Source: Candidatus Nanosyncoccus sp.
GTDB lineage: Bacteria > Patescibacteriota > Saccharimonadia > Saccharimonadales > Saccharimonadaceae
DNA: 64,000 bases
Assembly (NCBI GenBank): GCA_045641305.1
Contig: JAZUGS010000013.1
Span: forward strand, 421 to 64,420
Reading direction: 5' to 3'
The translations under genes were made by a program, and so were the position numbers. Shown here one piece after another: positions 54,488 through 63,669 of this stretch (positions within the stretch are counted from its first letter, which is position 1; the number at the start of each line of letters is the position of its first letter). The notes under the pieces are model-generated. The model saw only the letters and a list, made by a program, of their open reading frames with translations, did no database searches and was not told the DNA's origin.

Positions 54488-56447
54488 TAGAGATATTAGA
54501 TTTTGTTAGCCCCAATTTACTAAACTCACCAGAGGAGCCACCAGTTGGTAAGCGCCAGCCTTTTGGACAGATGGAATCAGAGACGTTAGTACCGCTACTA
54601 GTTACGCTGGCATTTCCGGAACCAGCTGTAGCAGCAAACCACGAATAGAATGTACCTACGCTCCAGTGAGCACAAGTTTCAGCACTATTGCCTGCACCTA
54701 TACAGTCGTCTTCAGTCTTCCAATTTACGAATGTAGTGCCGTTTTGCATATAGACTGGGGAGAAATAGGTATCGCCGTCATTGCCATAGTCGCCAGAGGT
54801 GCCGGCTGCTACGTCTGAGGCGGGACGGTAGGAATGAGCGGTTGTGTTAAAATCACCATCCCATTGACCATCTGGATCTTCAATGCCACTGGCGGTCTTA
54901 TATTGATGGTCTTGAGTGCTGCGATTTGGTGTCCAGCCATTTGCTACTGCTGTGGCAGAGTTTAAATCTGTATCTGCGGCGGTTAGAGTAGTTCCTGTGT
55001 CTAACACAAAGTCTAGGTTCTGCGTCATCCAGATGTTGCCGTCGGCTTGCTTGGCAGCGTAGTAGGTTTTACCATCGCGCTCATCGCAGAGTTGAACTTG
55101 GGTGTTAACATCCTTAAATAGCGTACTTTTGAGATTAGTGATATTCTGCATGGCAGGAGTGGTACCGCATAAACTGGCTACTTCCCAGATAGCATAGAGG
55201 GTCTTGGTGGTGTTTTTGGGGACGGAGATGGTAGCTGGGGTGTAAGAGTTATTGTCGGGGTCAAATGCATAGGTTGGGGTGGTAGCAGTGGAGTTTTCGT
55301 CGTAGCCGAGGAAGTTGTAGCCGGAGCGAACTGGCTTGCCTGTAACATTGAAGCTGAGTGATGCGTCGTCAGGATCGTCACTACTATCTTCTACGCCTTC
55401 TGGAAGGCTGGTAACTGTATCGGTGGTGTTTTTGTTGTATTCTAGATAGAAGAAGTTTTTGATGGTGAAGAGGTTTTCTTTGGTGTGGGTCCAGATGCCA
55501 GTCTCGACGGCGACATCGTATGAACCAAGTGCGAGACTATTTGGCAATTTGCAGCTCAGAGTGAGGGGGTTCTGTGTGGTGATAACGATATCTGCGCAGG
55601 AAGATGTGGTGTCGCCATTGGTGAGGTTGACGGCAACGTCGCCGAGGTAGAGGTTGGTAGAAAGGCTGGTGGTAAGGTGGATGGTCTTATTGCTGTAGTC
55701 GCCCGGGATGGTGGTTTCGCCCTCGGCAATGTCAATCTCGCCAATAGTGGAGGCGGAATCGACAAGGTGACCGATGACAAGGTAGCTTAAGGTAGTAGTG
55801 TAATCGCCTGGAGTGAGGGTCATGTTGGCCTTGGTACCGAGGTAAACGGTAGTGGTCTCTGGAGTGATGGCAGAGGCGGTCTTATGCTTGATGGCTTGAG
55901 TAGTATCATGATCTACATTAGCATAAAGCGGCATGGCGGCGAACTTGGCATCGGCGGAAGGACTAGTGGTATCGTAAGTAGCGTCAAAATTGGCAACATT
56001 AGCAACGGCATAGCCCCAAGAATTATTATCTAGCGCAGCAGGACTGGCGAAAGTGCCAGTGGTGGCATTGATAGTGTTGGTGTTGTCCTTGGTAGTGGCA
56101 CCTTCGAGGTAGATTTTATTATCTGTGACGCCTTTATTGGTGGCGATGTAAAGTGTGTAGCCAGAAGGGGAGTTGGCCGTGACGCTGATACTGTTCTCGG
56201 CGATACCAACTGCGCCTGATGATGACGGGTTGATAGATAGATTAGTACTCTGCGGTGTGGAGAGGGATAGAGAGTAATTTTGTGGATCGATTTTGGCCGT
56301 AGCGCTGTCATCTCTACGGGCCAGAGGTAAGATTGTAAAGAACAAGAGAAGGCCAAGCGTGCCACAAGCAAAATAAGGCACAAAATGTCGCACTTGTGGG
56401 GACAATTTGAGCCTGTTTATTTTATTTTTGTGACAGCTATTAACCAT
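54282..56447 (-). CDS. DGR target: membrane-anchored surface protein with C-terminal FISUMP/C-type-lectin-fold domain
   Basis: N-terminal TM; InlB B-repeat-like segment (RSGYNFLGY...TLYAIWE); WMTQNL, CPKGWRLPT, YWSST and SVRCVAR. Confidence 0.9.
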   Translation of the reverse strand: MVNSCHKNKINRLKLSPQVRHFVPYFACGTLGLLLFFTILPLARRDDSATAKIDPQNYSLSLSTPQSTNLSINPSSSGAVGIAENSISVTANSPSGYTLYIATNKGVTDNKIYLEGATTKDNTNTINATTGTFASPAALDNNSWGYAVANVANFDATYDTTSPSADAKFAAMPLYANVDHDTTQAIKHKTASAITPETTTVYLGTKANMTLTPGDYTTTLSYLVIGHLVDSASTIGEIDIAEGETTIPGDYSNKTIHLTTSLSTNLYLGDVAVNLTNGDTTSSCADIVITTQNPLTLSCKLPNSLALGSYDVAVETGIWTHTKENLFTIKNFFYLEYNKNTTDTVTSLPEGVEDSSDDPDDASLSFNVTGKPVRSGYNFLGYDENSTATTPTYAFDPDNNSYTPATISVPKNTTKTLYAIWEVASLCGTTPAMQNITNLKSTLFKDVNTQVQLCDERDGKTYYAAKQADGNIWMTQNLDFVLDTGTTLTAADTDLNSATAVANGWTPNRSTQDHQYKTASGIEDPDGQWDGDFNTTAHSYRPASDVAAGTSGDYGNDGDTYFSPVYMQNGTTFVNWKTEDDCIGAGNSAETCAHWSVGTFYSWFAATAGSGNASVTSSGTNVSDSICPKGWRLPTGGSSGEFSKLGLTKSNISISPFYFLRSGLYLGLYGAVYGTGRYGRYWSSTSTNSSCAYYLYFNSSSVNPSNDLNRYRGMSVRCVAR

Positions 56448-56498
56448 AACTACATTTAATTATACAATGCCGTGATGGTTTTGTGAATAGGTTTTATG

Positions 56499-57404
56499 CT
56501 AAAAATCTATTTTGAAATAGCCTAATAGAGATTTGAATTTGTCTTGTGCGGCAAGGCAGGTATCACGGAGGTAACCTGGCTGATTTTGCCATTCTTTGAG
56601 ACCACGATAATAGAACATTTTGAGTTCATCATCAATAATAAATGGCACGATGCCAAGGCGGAGGCACTCTTTAAATAAAATGAGGCGCCCAACGCGGCCA
56701 TTGCCGTCTTGGAAGGGATGAATCGCCTCAAAACGATAATGAAACTCCAAAAGGTCATCGAGGCCGAGTACCTTGCGTGAGCGATACCATTTGAGAAGCT
56801 TTTTCATTTCCTTGCTAACGTTTTCTGGTGCGGTGGTAGACTGACCACCAACTTCGTTGGGGAGCTTCTTGTATGCGCCGACAGCGAACCAATCTTCGCG
56901 ACTATCAGAGGTGCCGTTTTTGAGGATGAAATGGAGGCGGCGAATCATGGTCTCGGTAGGCTTGCGCTTGGCGTTTTCGATAATATAATCAATGCAACGG
57001 AAGTGATTGGACGTCTCGACAACATCATCGGCACGAACGCCAGCAAACTTATGCTCAATGCCGACGGTGTTGGTCTCGAAAATGTAGCGAGTCTGGTCGT
57101 GGGAGAGGCGGCTGCCCTCGATATGATTGGAATTATAAGTGAGGTCGATTTGCACACGATGATAGATGCCACCAGAGATATTTTTGCGGTCTTCGAAGCG
57201 GAGCACAGAAAGCAGGTCGCGAGTAGGCGACTGGCTAGCATTGAGGCGAGCAGGCTTGGTGGCGTTGGCTGGAATATACCAAATTCCGCCCTCGCACTTG
57301 GCGCCTTCGATACGCCCCTTGGCGCAGTAGTCGCGAACAGCGCGCTCAGAAATCTGCCATTTTGTGGCGATGACGGGAATAGTAACATAATGTTGATCTG
57401 CCAT
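56499..57404 (-). CDS. Fic/Doc-family protein with N-terminal HTH
   Basis: Canonical HPFQDGNGRVGR motif; HTH IATKWQISERAVRDYC. Confidence 0.92.
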   Translation of the reverse strand: MADQHYVTIPVIATKWQISERAVRDYCAKGRIEGAKCEGGIWYIPANATKPARLNASQSPTRDLLSVLRFEDRKNISGGIYHRVQIDLTYNSNHIEGSRLSHDQTRYIFETNTVGIEHKFAGVRADDVVETSNHFRCIDYIIENAKRKPTETMIRRLHFILKNGTSDSREDWFAVGAYKKLPNEVGGQSTTAPENVSKEMKKLLKWYRSRKVLGLDDLLEFHYRFEAIHPFQDGNGRVGRLILFKECLRLGIVPFIIDDELKMFYYRGLKEWQNQPGYLRDTCLAAQDKFKSLLGYFKIDF

Positions 57405-57543
57405 AAGCCTATTATACTCTCTTAAACGGCAAAAATCAAGAATAGTTTTGCAAAACTTTTTAGGTTTTTGCCGATTGGTTTTAGTACGAAAAAATGCCAC
57501 CGAAGTAGCATTTTTTCTTGCACCTAATTAACTTGCGCGCTGG

Positions 57544-57747
57544 TTATTTTTTCTTGAGGGTCAAGAAACCGTTGCGTGGATTTTCGCAGACCATACGGTC
57601 AGCAGGGAGATCACATGGTTCACCTTTACCGGCTTTGTCATCTTTGACGAAGAAGTAGATAGTTTGTGGTTTACCACCGCGAAGAGTAACTTCGGATTTA
57701 TGAAGGTAGTATGTGGTTCCCTTGCCGTTGGTATGTTCGTAAGCCAT
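57544..57747 (-). CDS. Conserved-looking 67-aa hypothetical protein
   Basis: AAGGAGG SD and a downstream terminator. Confidence 0.75.
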   Translation of the reverse strand: MAYEHTNGKGTTYYLHKSEVTLRGGKPQTIYFFVKDDKAGKGEPCDLPADRMVCENPRNGFLTLKKK

Positions 57748-57833
57748 TTAAGCTTTCCTCCTTAAGTTAATATATCTCTATCTTATGACCCCAGCGAGAT
57801 AAAGTCAAGAGGGATTTTGGGAAATCTTGAGTT

Positions 57834-58517
57834 TTAGAGAAACAATAGAGAGAGGCGGAGGATAATCCAAATAATAAAGCGAATAAAAATTACAACAATA
57901 ATAAGCGCAGTGATAAGTAATAGAAAGCCAGAGAGAGTGGGAGCCCAGATGGGAGAGGCGTAATTTTTGCGATAAAGTTCGGTAGAAGGAAGTGCGGCGG
58001 TGATTTGGTCTTTGATGTCGTCGGCGGCGGGGTATTTTTCGATTTCACTAGTCATACAATTGATAAACTCTGGAGAACTCCAAGTCCAACCATTGGCGAT
58101 AGCAAGAGGTCTACAAGTATTCGAGGCCATGGCATAGACGTTGCCGTTGGGATTCTCGTCGGAGGCGAAGGATTCTTCAGCTTCTTCTAAAGCCTTCTCG
58201 GCGGCGCGGCGATATTGATGCTCTAGATAGAATGGGCCAGTGCCAAAAGCGACTTTTTGGATACCATTATCATCGGTAACGTTAATAACAATATTGCCAA
58301 AGGTGTAGTTCTTGAGATTATCGAGAGCTGAAGCGAGGCGCTCGTCATCTTCGGCTGCGTCGGCAGCGAGGACAGCATCGCGCAGTTCGACCATTTTGAG
58401 GTGATCGAAACGCATAGCCGTAGCATCGAGAAAACCGAGAGGAATAAGTACCAAAAGTAATTGCCAAGTTTTGAGCTTTTTGAATTTAAGTTTATTTAGT
58501 ACCACCCTTTTATTCAT
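57834..58517 (-). CDS. Hypothetical membrane protein
   Basis: TM segments at both ends; coupled to aspS. Confidence 0.7.
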   Translation of the reverse strand: MNKRVVLNKLKFKKLKTWQLLLVLIPLGFLDATAMRFDHLKMVELRDAVLAADAAEDDERLASALDNLKNYTFGNIVINVTDDNGIQKVAFGTGPFYLEHQYRRAAEKALEEAEESFASDENPNGNVYAMASNTCRPLAIANGWTWSSPEFINCMTSEIEKYPAADDIKDQITAALPSTELYRKNYASPIWAPTLSGFLLLITALIIVVIFIRFIIWIILRLSLLFL

Positions 58518-58519
58518 AT

Positions 58520-60274
58520 TTAGTCCTCTTCAGGAATAATGGCCAGATGGGTTTCATCGAGCTGTGATTGATCAACTACGGACGGGGAGTTCATCATGAG
58601 GTCGACACCGTTACCGTTCTTTGGGAAGGCGACAATATCACGAATGTTGTCGGTGTTTTCGAGTACCATGAAAATACGGTCAATGCCAGGAGCACAACCA
58701 GCGTGCGGTGGAGCACCAAACTTGAAAGCGCTGAGCATTCCGCCGAAGCGAGATTCGACATATTCGTTGTTATAACCCAAAATGTTAAATACTTTGTACA
58801 TGATTTCAGGGTTGTAATTACGGACGGCGCCAGAGCAAACCTCATAGCCATTCATAACCATGTCATATTGGTCAGCGACAATGTCGAGCTTATCCTCGGT
58901 TTCTTCAAGTGCTTTCAAGCCACCTTTTGGCATACTGAATGGGTTGTGACCAAAGTCGAGTTTGTTGTTTTTGTCGTCCCATTCGTAAAATGGAAAATCT
59001 ACTACCCAACAGTAGGCAACGATATTGTCATCCTTAAGATGGAAATGGTCGGCAAAGGCGATACGGAGCTGGCCTAAGACTTTGTTAACTTTAGCGCGGT
59101 CGTCAGCGCCGAAAAATACGGCATCACCATCTACTGCGCCGGTTTTTTCCTTGACGGCGGTGAGTTCGGCGGGGGACATAAATTTAGCAATAGGAGACTT
59201 GGCTTCACCGTTTTGATAGAGAATGTAGGCGAGACCACCAGCACCTTCTTTTTTGGCTTTTTCGGTGAAAATGTCGATTTCACGACGAGTGAGGCTGGCA
59301 CCACCTTTGACGCAAATAGCCTTGACACATTCGGCTTTGAAAACTTTGAAATCGGTATTTTTGAAATCATCGGTGAGGTCGATAAGCTCCATGCCGTAGC
59401 GAAGGTCAGGCTTATCAACGCCGTATTTTTCCATAGCTTCGCGATAAGGAATGCGGGGGATATCCTCGGAGAGGAGTTTCTTACCAGCGAAATCAGTTAC
59501 GAGTGCCTTATAGAGAGGCTCGATGGTCTGGCGGACGATTTCACCATCCTCGACAAAAGCCATTTCCATATCAAGCTGATAGAAATCACCATAAAGACGG
59601 TCGGCACGAGGATCTTCGTCGCGGAAGCATGGGGCAATTTGGAAATAACGATCGAGGCCACCCACCATTAAAAGCTGTTTAAATTGTTGTGGAGCCTGGG
59701 GGAGAGCGTAGAACTTGCCCGGATGCAGACGGGATGGCACGAGAAAATCACGAGCGCCCTCAGGTGATGAATTAGAAAGAATCGGCGTAGCAACTTCGGT
59801 AAAGCCGTGGTCATACATGTAATTGCGCAAAAAACGGATAAACTCGGAGCGACGCTTGAGAATTTTTTGCATAGATGGACGACGAAGATCGAGATAACGG
59901 TAGCGAAGACGCATCTCCTCGCTGGATTTTTCGCCATCGTCATGAGTATTAACCGGGAGAGGTTCGGATTTGTTGAGTAGGGTAAGGTTTTCAACGACAA
60001 GTTCGATGTCGCCGGTGGCGATATTAGGGTTCTTGAGCTCGGGGGCGCGCTCGCGCAAAGTACCAGTAGCGGAGAGAACGAACTCATCGCGGACAGATTC
60101 AGCAAGTTTGAAGGCGTCGACAGTTTCGGGAGTAACAACAAGTTGGATAATTCCCTGGTGATCACGCAAATCAATAAAGATAAGGCCGCCATGATCGCGG
60201 CGGGAATTCACCCAGCCCATGACAGTTACAGTTTTACCAAGGTAGTTTTTTAGTTCGTTAGTCAGAATTCTCAT
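58520..60274 (-). CDS. aspS: Aspartate--tRNA ligase
   Basis: RRDHGGLIFIDLRD, LPQAPQQFKQLLM, FRDEDPRADR and GAPPHAGCAPGIDR motifs. Confidence 0.97.
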   Translation of the reverse strand: MRILTNELKNYLGKTVTVMGWVNSRRDHGGLIFIDLRDHQGIIQLVVTPETVDAFKLAESVRDEFVLSATGTLRERAPELKNPNIATGDIELVVENLTLLNKSEPLPVNTHDDGEKSSEEMRLRYRYLDLRRPSMQKILKRRSEFIRFLRNYMYDHGFTEVATPILSNSSPEGARDFLVPSRLHPGKFYALPQAPQQFKQLLMVGGLDRYFQIAPCFRDEDPRADRLYGDFYQLDMEMAFVEDGEIVRQTIEPLYKALVTDFAGKKLLSEDIPRIPYREAMEKYGVDKPDLRYGMELIDLTDDFKNTDFKVFKAECVKAICVKGGASLTRREIDIFTEKAKKEGAGGLAYILYQNGEAKSPIAKFMSPAELTAVKEKTGAVDGDAVFFGADDRAKVNKVLGQLRIAFADHFHLKDDNIVAYCWVVDFPFYEWDDKNNKLDFGHNPFSMPKGGLKALEETEDKLDIVADQYDMVMNGYEVCSGAVRNYNPEIMYKVFNILGYNNEYVESRFGGMLSAFKFGAPPHAGCAPGIDRIFMVLENTDNIRDIVAFPKNGNGVDLMMNSPSVVDQSQLDETHLAIIPEED

Positions 60275-60331
60275 AGAGGTTATTATACCATAACTTGCAT
60301 TATTTCGAAAGCTTTGCTAAAATATTACGAT

Positions 60332-60418
60332 ATGCGTATCAAACGACTAAAGCGTTCAGATGAGCGCAAGAAGTCCAAAATCGCTCCTGCCGCTTGGCAA
60401 GAGTTTATTGAAATTTGA
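60332..60418 (+). CDS. 28-aa basic peptide in its own transcription unit
   Basis: TTGCAT-N17-TAAAAT-N8-ATG; MRIKRLKRSDERKKSKIAPAAWQEFIEI; terminator AAAATCCCCTT/AAGGGGATTTTTT follows. Confidence 0.55.
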   Translation: MRIKRLKRSDERKKSKIAPAAWQEFIEI

Positions 60419-60470
60419 TTTCGGACAAAATCCCCTTAATTTAAGGGGATTTTTTGTTACAACTGACTGG

Positions 60471-61217
60471 TTAATTACCGAGTTTAGCGTCAACAATATC
60501 GGTAAAGAGGTTAAGAAGGTCGGACTCTGCACCACGGGACGAGTCCCACGAGATAGTCTTACCGTTTATAGTAATGCTACCAGCACCGCTCCAGTTGATA
60601 TTTTGGCCATCAACATAGAGTGCTGGAGTTCCGCCAATATCGATACGTTTGGCAATGCCCATGTCGAAACTGATTTTCTTTGATACCTTTTCACTTGCAA
60701 TATCTGCGTTGAATTTATCGAGGTCGCCCTGATTATTGGTGGCTTCATTAAAGTATTTATTGAAATATTCGGTGCGGTTAGAAGCATTGGCATATTCCCA
60801 TTCCGCTTGATTGTCAAAAAGTATGTCAGCATAGGATTTCCAATAACCTTGCAGGCCAGCAGCTTCGGCGGCAGACGCGGCGGCAGTGCCGTTTTGATGA
60901 TAAGAAAGTAAGAAGCTGCGATAGACTACAGCAACTTCGTCGCCTAGCTGGTCGAGGATATTATTAATCTTGGTATTGATTTGCGCACAGCCTGGGCATT
61001 GGTAGTCGGCATATTCAAAAATGAGAACTGGCGCGGTGGCTGAACCTTTGACATGATCGCCGATAAACCCATTATCCGCACTAGGCTCGATAACTGAGTA
61101 AAAATCATATTTTGCGAAATCGGTAGCCTTGGAATTGCCGTCAATGATTGAGTAGGTAGCAAAACCGAGCAAGGCAGCTCCAGCCACACCGATGATAGTA
61201 CCGATAATTTTATTCAT
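60471..61217 (-). CDS. DsbA-family thioredoxin-fold protein
   Basis: EYADYQCPGC and GGTPALYVDG motifs; N-terminal anchor. Confidence 0.9.
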   Translation of the reverse strand: MNKIIGTIIGVAGAALLGFATYSIIDGNSKATDFAKYDFYSVIEPSADNGFIGDHVKGSATAPVLIFEYADYQCPGCAQINTKINNILDQLGDEVAVVYRSFLLSYHQNGTAAASAAEAAGLQGYWKSYADILFDNQAEWEYANASNRTEYFNKYFNEATNNQGDLDKFNADIASEKVSKKISFDMGIAKRIDIGGTPALYVDGQNINWSGAGSITINGKTISWDSSRGAESDLLNLFTDIVDAKLGN

Positions 61218-61249
61218 AAAACTCCTAGTTAGTGTATAATTATTATATC

Positions 61250-61822
61250 ATGTGGGAACAATTTATGCGGAAATTAGTTGCGTGGCTCGACCCAAAGCTA
61301 GAGCCTTACCGCAAAAAGATTCAGGCGCCTAAGTTTGCTCCGAAAACTTTTGAAGAATTTGTGGAAGTTTTGAAGCGGACGCCACGCAATATCTTGAGTA
61401 ATGATGACCGCGCAAGAATTGCGGCGGTAATGGGATTTGAAGGACGAAAAATTGCAGATTTAATGGTGACGAAAGCGGATATGGTTTTTGTGTATGAAAA
61501 GGACTTTTTGGGTCCACTAACATTGGATAAACTGTATCGGTCGGGTTTTACGCATTTCCCCGTGGTAGATGAGAAAAGTCATATTAAAGGCGTGATTCAT
61601 ACTGACGCATTAAATGCTTTAGAAATCAAAAAGACTGATAGAGCAGCAAAATATTTGGATAAAACTTTTGAATTCTTGCACGAAAAAGATAGCCTAGAAT
61701 TCGCAGTTGAAAAAATGCTCAAAACAAATACGTTTTACTTTATGGTGGTCAACAAAAATGAAGAACTAGTGGGGTTCTTCACGGTGGAAATGCTGATAAA
61801 CTATTTGCTAGGTAAAAAATAA
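61250..61822 (+). CDS. CBS-domain protein
   Basis: SGFTHFPVVD...GVIH and FMVVNKNEELVGFFT. Confidence 0.85.
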   Translation: MWEQFMRKLVAWLDPKLEPYRKKIQAPKFAPKTFEEFVEVLKRTPRNILSNDDRARIAAVMGFEGRKIADLMVTKADMVFVYEKDFLGPLTLDKLYRSGFTHFPVVDEKSHIKGVIHTDALNALEIKKTDRAAKYLDKTFEFLHEKDSLEFAVEKMLKTNTFYFMVVNKNEELVGFFTVEMLINYLLGKK

Positions 61823-61897
61823 TGGTAGGGCCAGCAGGAATCGAACCTGCATTGTAGACTTAGAGGGTCTATGTCCTATCCGTTGAACGATGGCCCC
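61823..61897 (-). tRNA. tRNA-Arg(TCT)
   Basis: Cloverleaf with loop CC-TCT-AA, A20 in the D loop and encoded CCA. Confidence 0.8.
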
Positions 61898-61908
61898 AAC
61901 CTATTATA

Positions 61909-63531
61909 TTATATCACACGTGAGACTTCTTCGAGAGTAGTTTCACCACGAAGCGCGGCAAGAACGCCTTTTTGCTCGAGCGTAAGCATGCCGTGCTGCT
62001 TGGCAGTTTCTTCGATGGCTTTAGTGTTGATGTCTTTGACGTCGCCACGAATAAAGGCTTGGATATCATCGCTAACAACAAGTTGTTCCATAATAACGGT
62101 GCGGCCAGCATAACCAAATGGGTTGTCTTCGGTCTTGGTCGCGTCGTAGAGTGTGATATGGCCAAGATCGATACCGGCAAGATGGGCAGGGTCGATACCC
62201 TCAAGAGTGGAACGAATATAATTACGTTCAGCCTCAGTGGCTTCACGTGGAGTTTTATTGTCGACTAGTTTACGGATAAGGCGCTGTGCCACTACGAGAC
62301 GAATTGAGCTACTGAAAATTGGGTTAGTACCAATAAGATCAATCATGCGTGAAAAAGCAGCAGAAGTAGAGTTGGCATGGAATGATGATAATACTAAGTG
62401 GCCAGTAATGGAAGCCTGAATAGCAGTTTTAGCAGTATCGCCATCACGGATTTCGCCAACCATAACAACGTCAGGATCAAGACGTAAGACGCTACGCAAC
62501 CCTTCGGCAAAAGAGCCGCCGTTGCTGGTGTTAATAGGAATTTGCGAAATACCGGTAATGCCATATTCAATCGGGTCTTCCAAAGTAATAATCTTACGGT
62601 CGGTAGTATTTAAAGCATTTAGCATCGAATAAAGCGTTGTAGATTTACCGGAGCCGGTAGGGCCGACCATAAGCACAAGACCGCGAGGATGTGAGATGAC
62701 TTCGTTGATTTCTTTGAGTTCGGCTTCGGAAAGGCCAAGAAGATCGAGATTTAGTAGCGATTCGTCAAAATTGAATAGACGAAGTACAGCATCTTGCCCA
62801 TACATAGTTGGAATTGTTTCGACGCGGATATTGAGAAGATGAGAAACACCATCGCGATAAATTTCTTTTTGCATGTGACCGGATTGTGGAGTATTCGAGG
62901 CAGTAGAAACGTTAGAACGAGAGCTGAGCTCACCCATAAAAATACGATAGCGATCTTTGTCGATAGTAGCGACAGGATGGAGTAGGCCATCTACACGCAT
63001 GCGAATACGAATTTCGTTTCGCATATTCTCAATGTGGATATCGGACGATCCGAGCTTGTCGGCTTGGTCGAGAAGAAAATCAAAAACTTTTTCGGTAGAA
63101 ACCGAGCTCAAAGTTTTGGATACGGCAGCGATAGTCTCGGAGTCTCCTTCATCGCCAATCTTGATATCGTCGTATTGAACCTGCTGTGGCGGGTCGTAGC
63201 GAAGCATGAAAACTTTGTAGGCAGAATTCGAGATAAGGAAGAAATCTACACGCTCGCCTTCATCTTCATACTTGCGATGCATTTGGGTAATCAAAGTACG
63301 AGGAGTCTGACTGGTGACCATAAACTGAAAATGATCTTCCCCACCGCCTTTTTGAAGTGGGAGAATGAAATTTTTATGCATTTCATCAATAGTGAGAAGT
63401 CCTTGAGTTAAGGGGATATCATTTTCAAAATCACGCGTATCAAGATATGGTAAACCTAAAATACGAGCACGGCCAGCGGTCGCTTGCTCTTCGTTGATAC
63501 GACGTTTGTTTTGTACCTCACTTTCGTCCAT
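61909..63531 (-). CDS. pilB: Type IV pilus assembly ATPase (PilB/GspE family)
   Basis: SDIHIE, RIRMRVDG, GPTGSGKST, TLEDPIEY, LRLDPDVVMVGEIRD and TGHLVLSSFH motifs. Confidence 0.9.
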   Translation of the reverse strand: MDESEVQNKRRINEEQATAGRARILGLPYLDTRDFENDIPLTQGLLTIDEMHKNFILPLQKGGGEDHFQFMVTSQTPRTLITQMHRKYEDEGERVDFFLISNSAYKVFMLRYDPPQQVQYDDIKIGDEGDSETIAAVSKTLSSVSTEKVFDFLLDQADKLGSSDIHIENMRNEIRIRMRVDGLLHPVATIDKDRYRIFMGELSSRSNVSTASNTPQSGHMQKEIYRDGVSHLLNIRVETIPTMYGQDAVLRLFNFDESLLNLDLLGLSEAELKEINEVISHPRGLVLMVGPTGSGKSTTLYSMLNALNTTDRKIITLEDPIEYGITGISQIPINTSNGGSFAEGLRSVLRLDPDVVMVGEIRDGDTAKTAIQASITGHLVLSSFHANSTSAAFSRMIDLIGTNPIFSSSIRLVVAQRLIRKLVDNKTPREATEAERNYIRSTLEGIDPAHLAGIDLGHITLYDATKTEDNPFGYAGRTVIMEQLVVSDDIQAFIRGDVKDINTKAIEETAKQHGMLTLEQKGVLAALRGETTLEEVSRVI

Positions 63532-63563
63532 AATTTCATTATAACATAAGTTCAATAAAAAAA

Positions 63564-63649
63564 TGGCGGAAAGGACAGGATTCGAACCTGCGAGGCTTTC
63601 GCCCTCTGGTTTTCAAGACCAGTGCCATCAACCACTCGGCCACCTTTCC
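63564..63649 (-). tRNA. tRNA-Ser(TGA)
   Basis: Long variable arm; anticodon loop CT-TGA-AA; encoded CCA. Confidence 0.93.
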
Positions 63650-63669
63650 GCTATCTATTATATCACACT

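Noticed and set aside
53701-54509. Two similar + strand ORFs (110 and 109 aa) and a 104-aa - strand ORF over the TR/VR
   Set aside because: They are shadows of the TR/VR repeat. The GTT-rich + frame is the reverse complement of AAC codons, and no credible start signals are present.
48820-57500. Prophage or ICE around the recombinase and DGR
   Set aside because: No structural, replication or conjugation genes are present, and an FtsL-like gene and tRNAs separate the recombinase from the island.
1248-57760. Idea that Shine-Dalgarno sites are confined to accessory genes
   Set aside because: Core or operon-internal genes such as grpE also carry AAGGAG; SD use tracks with leader presence rather than gene origin.
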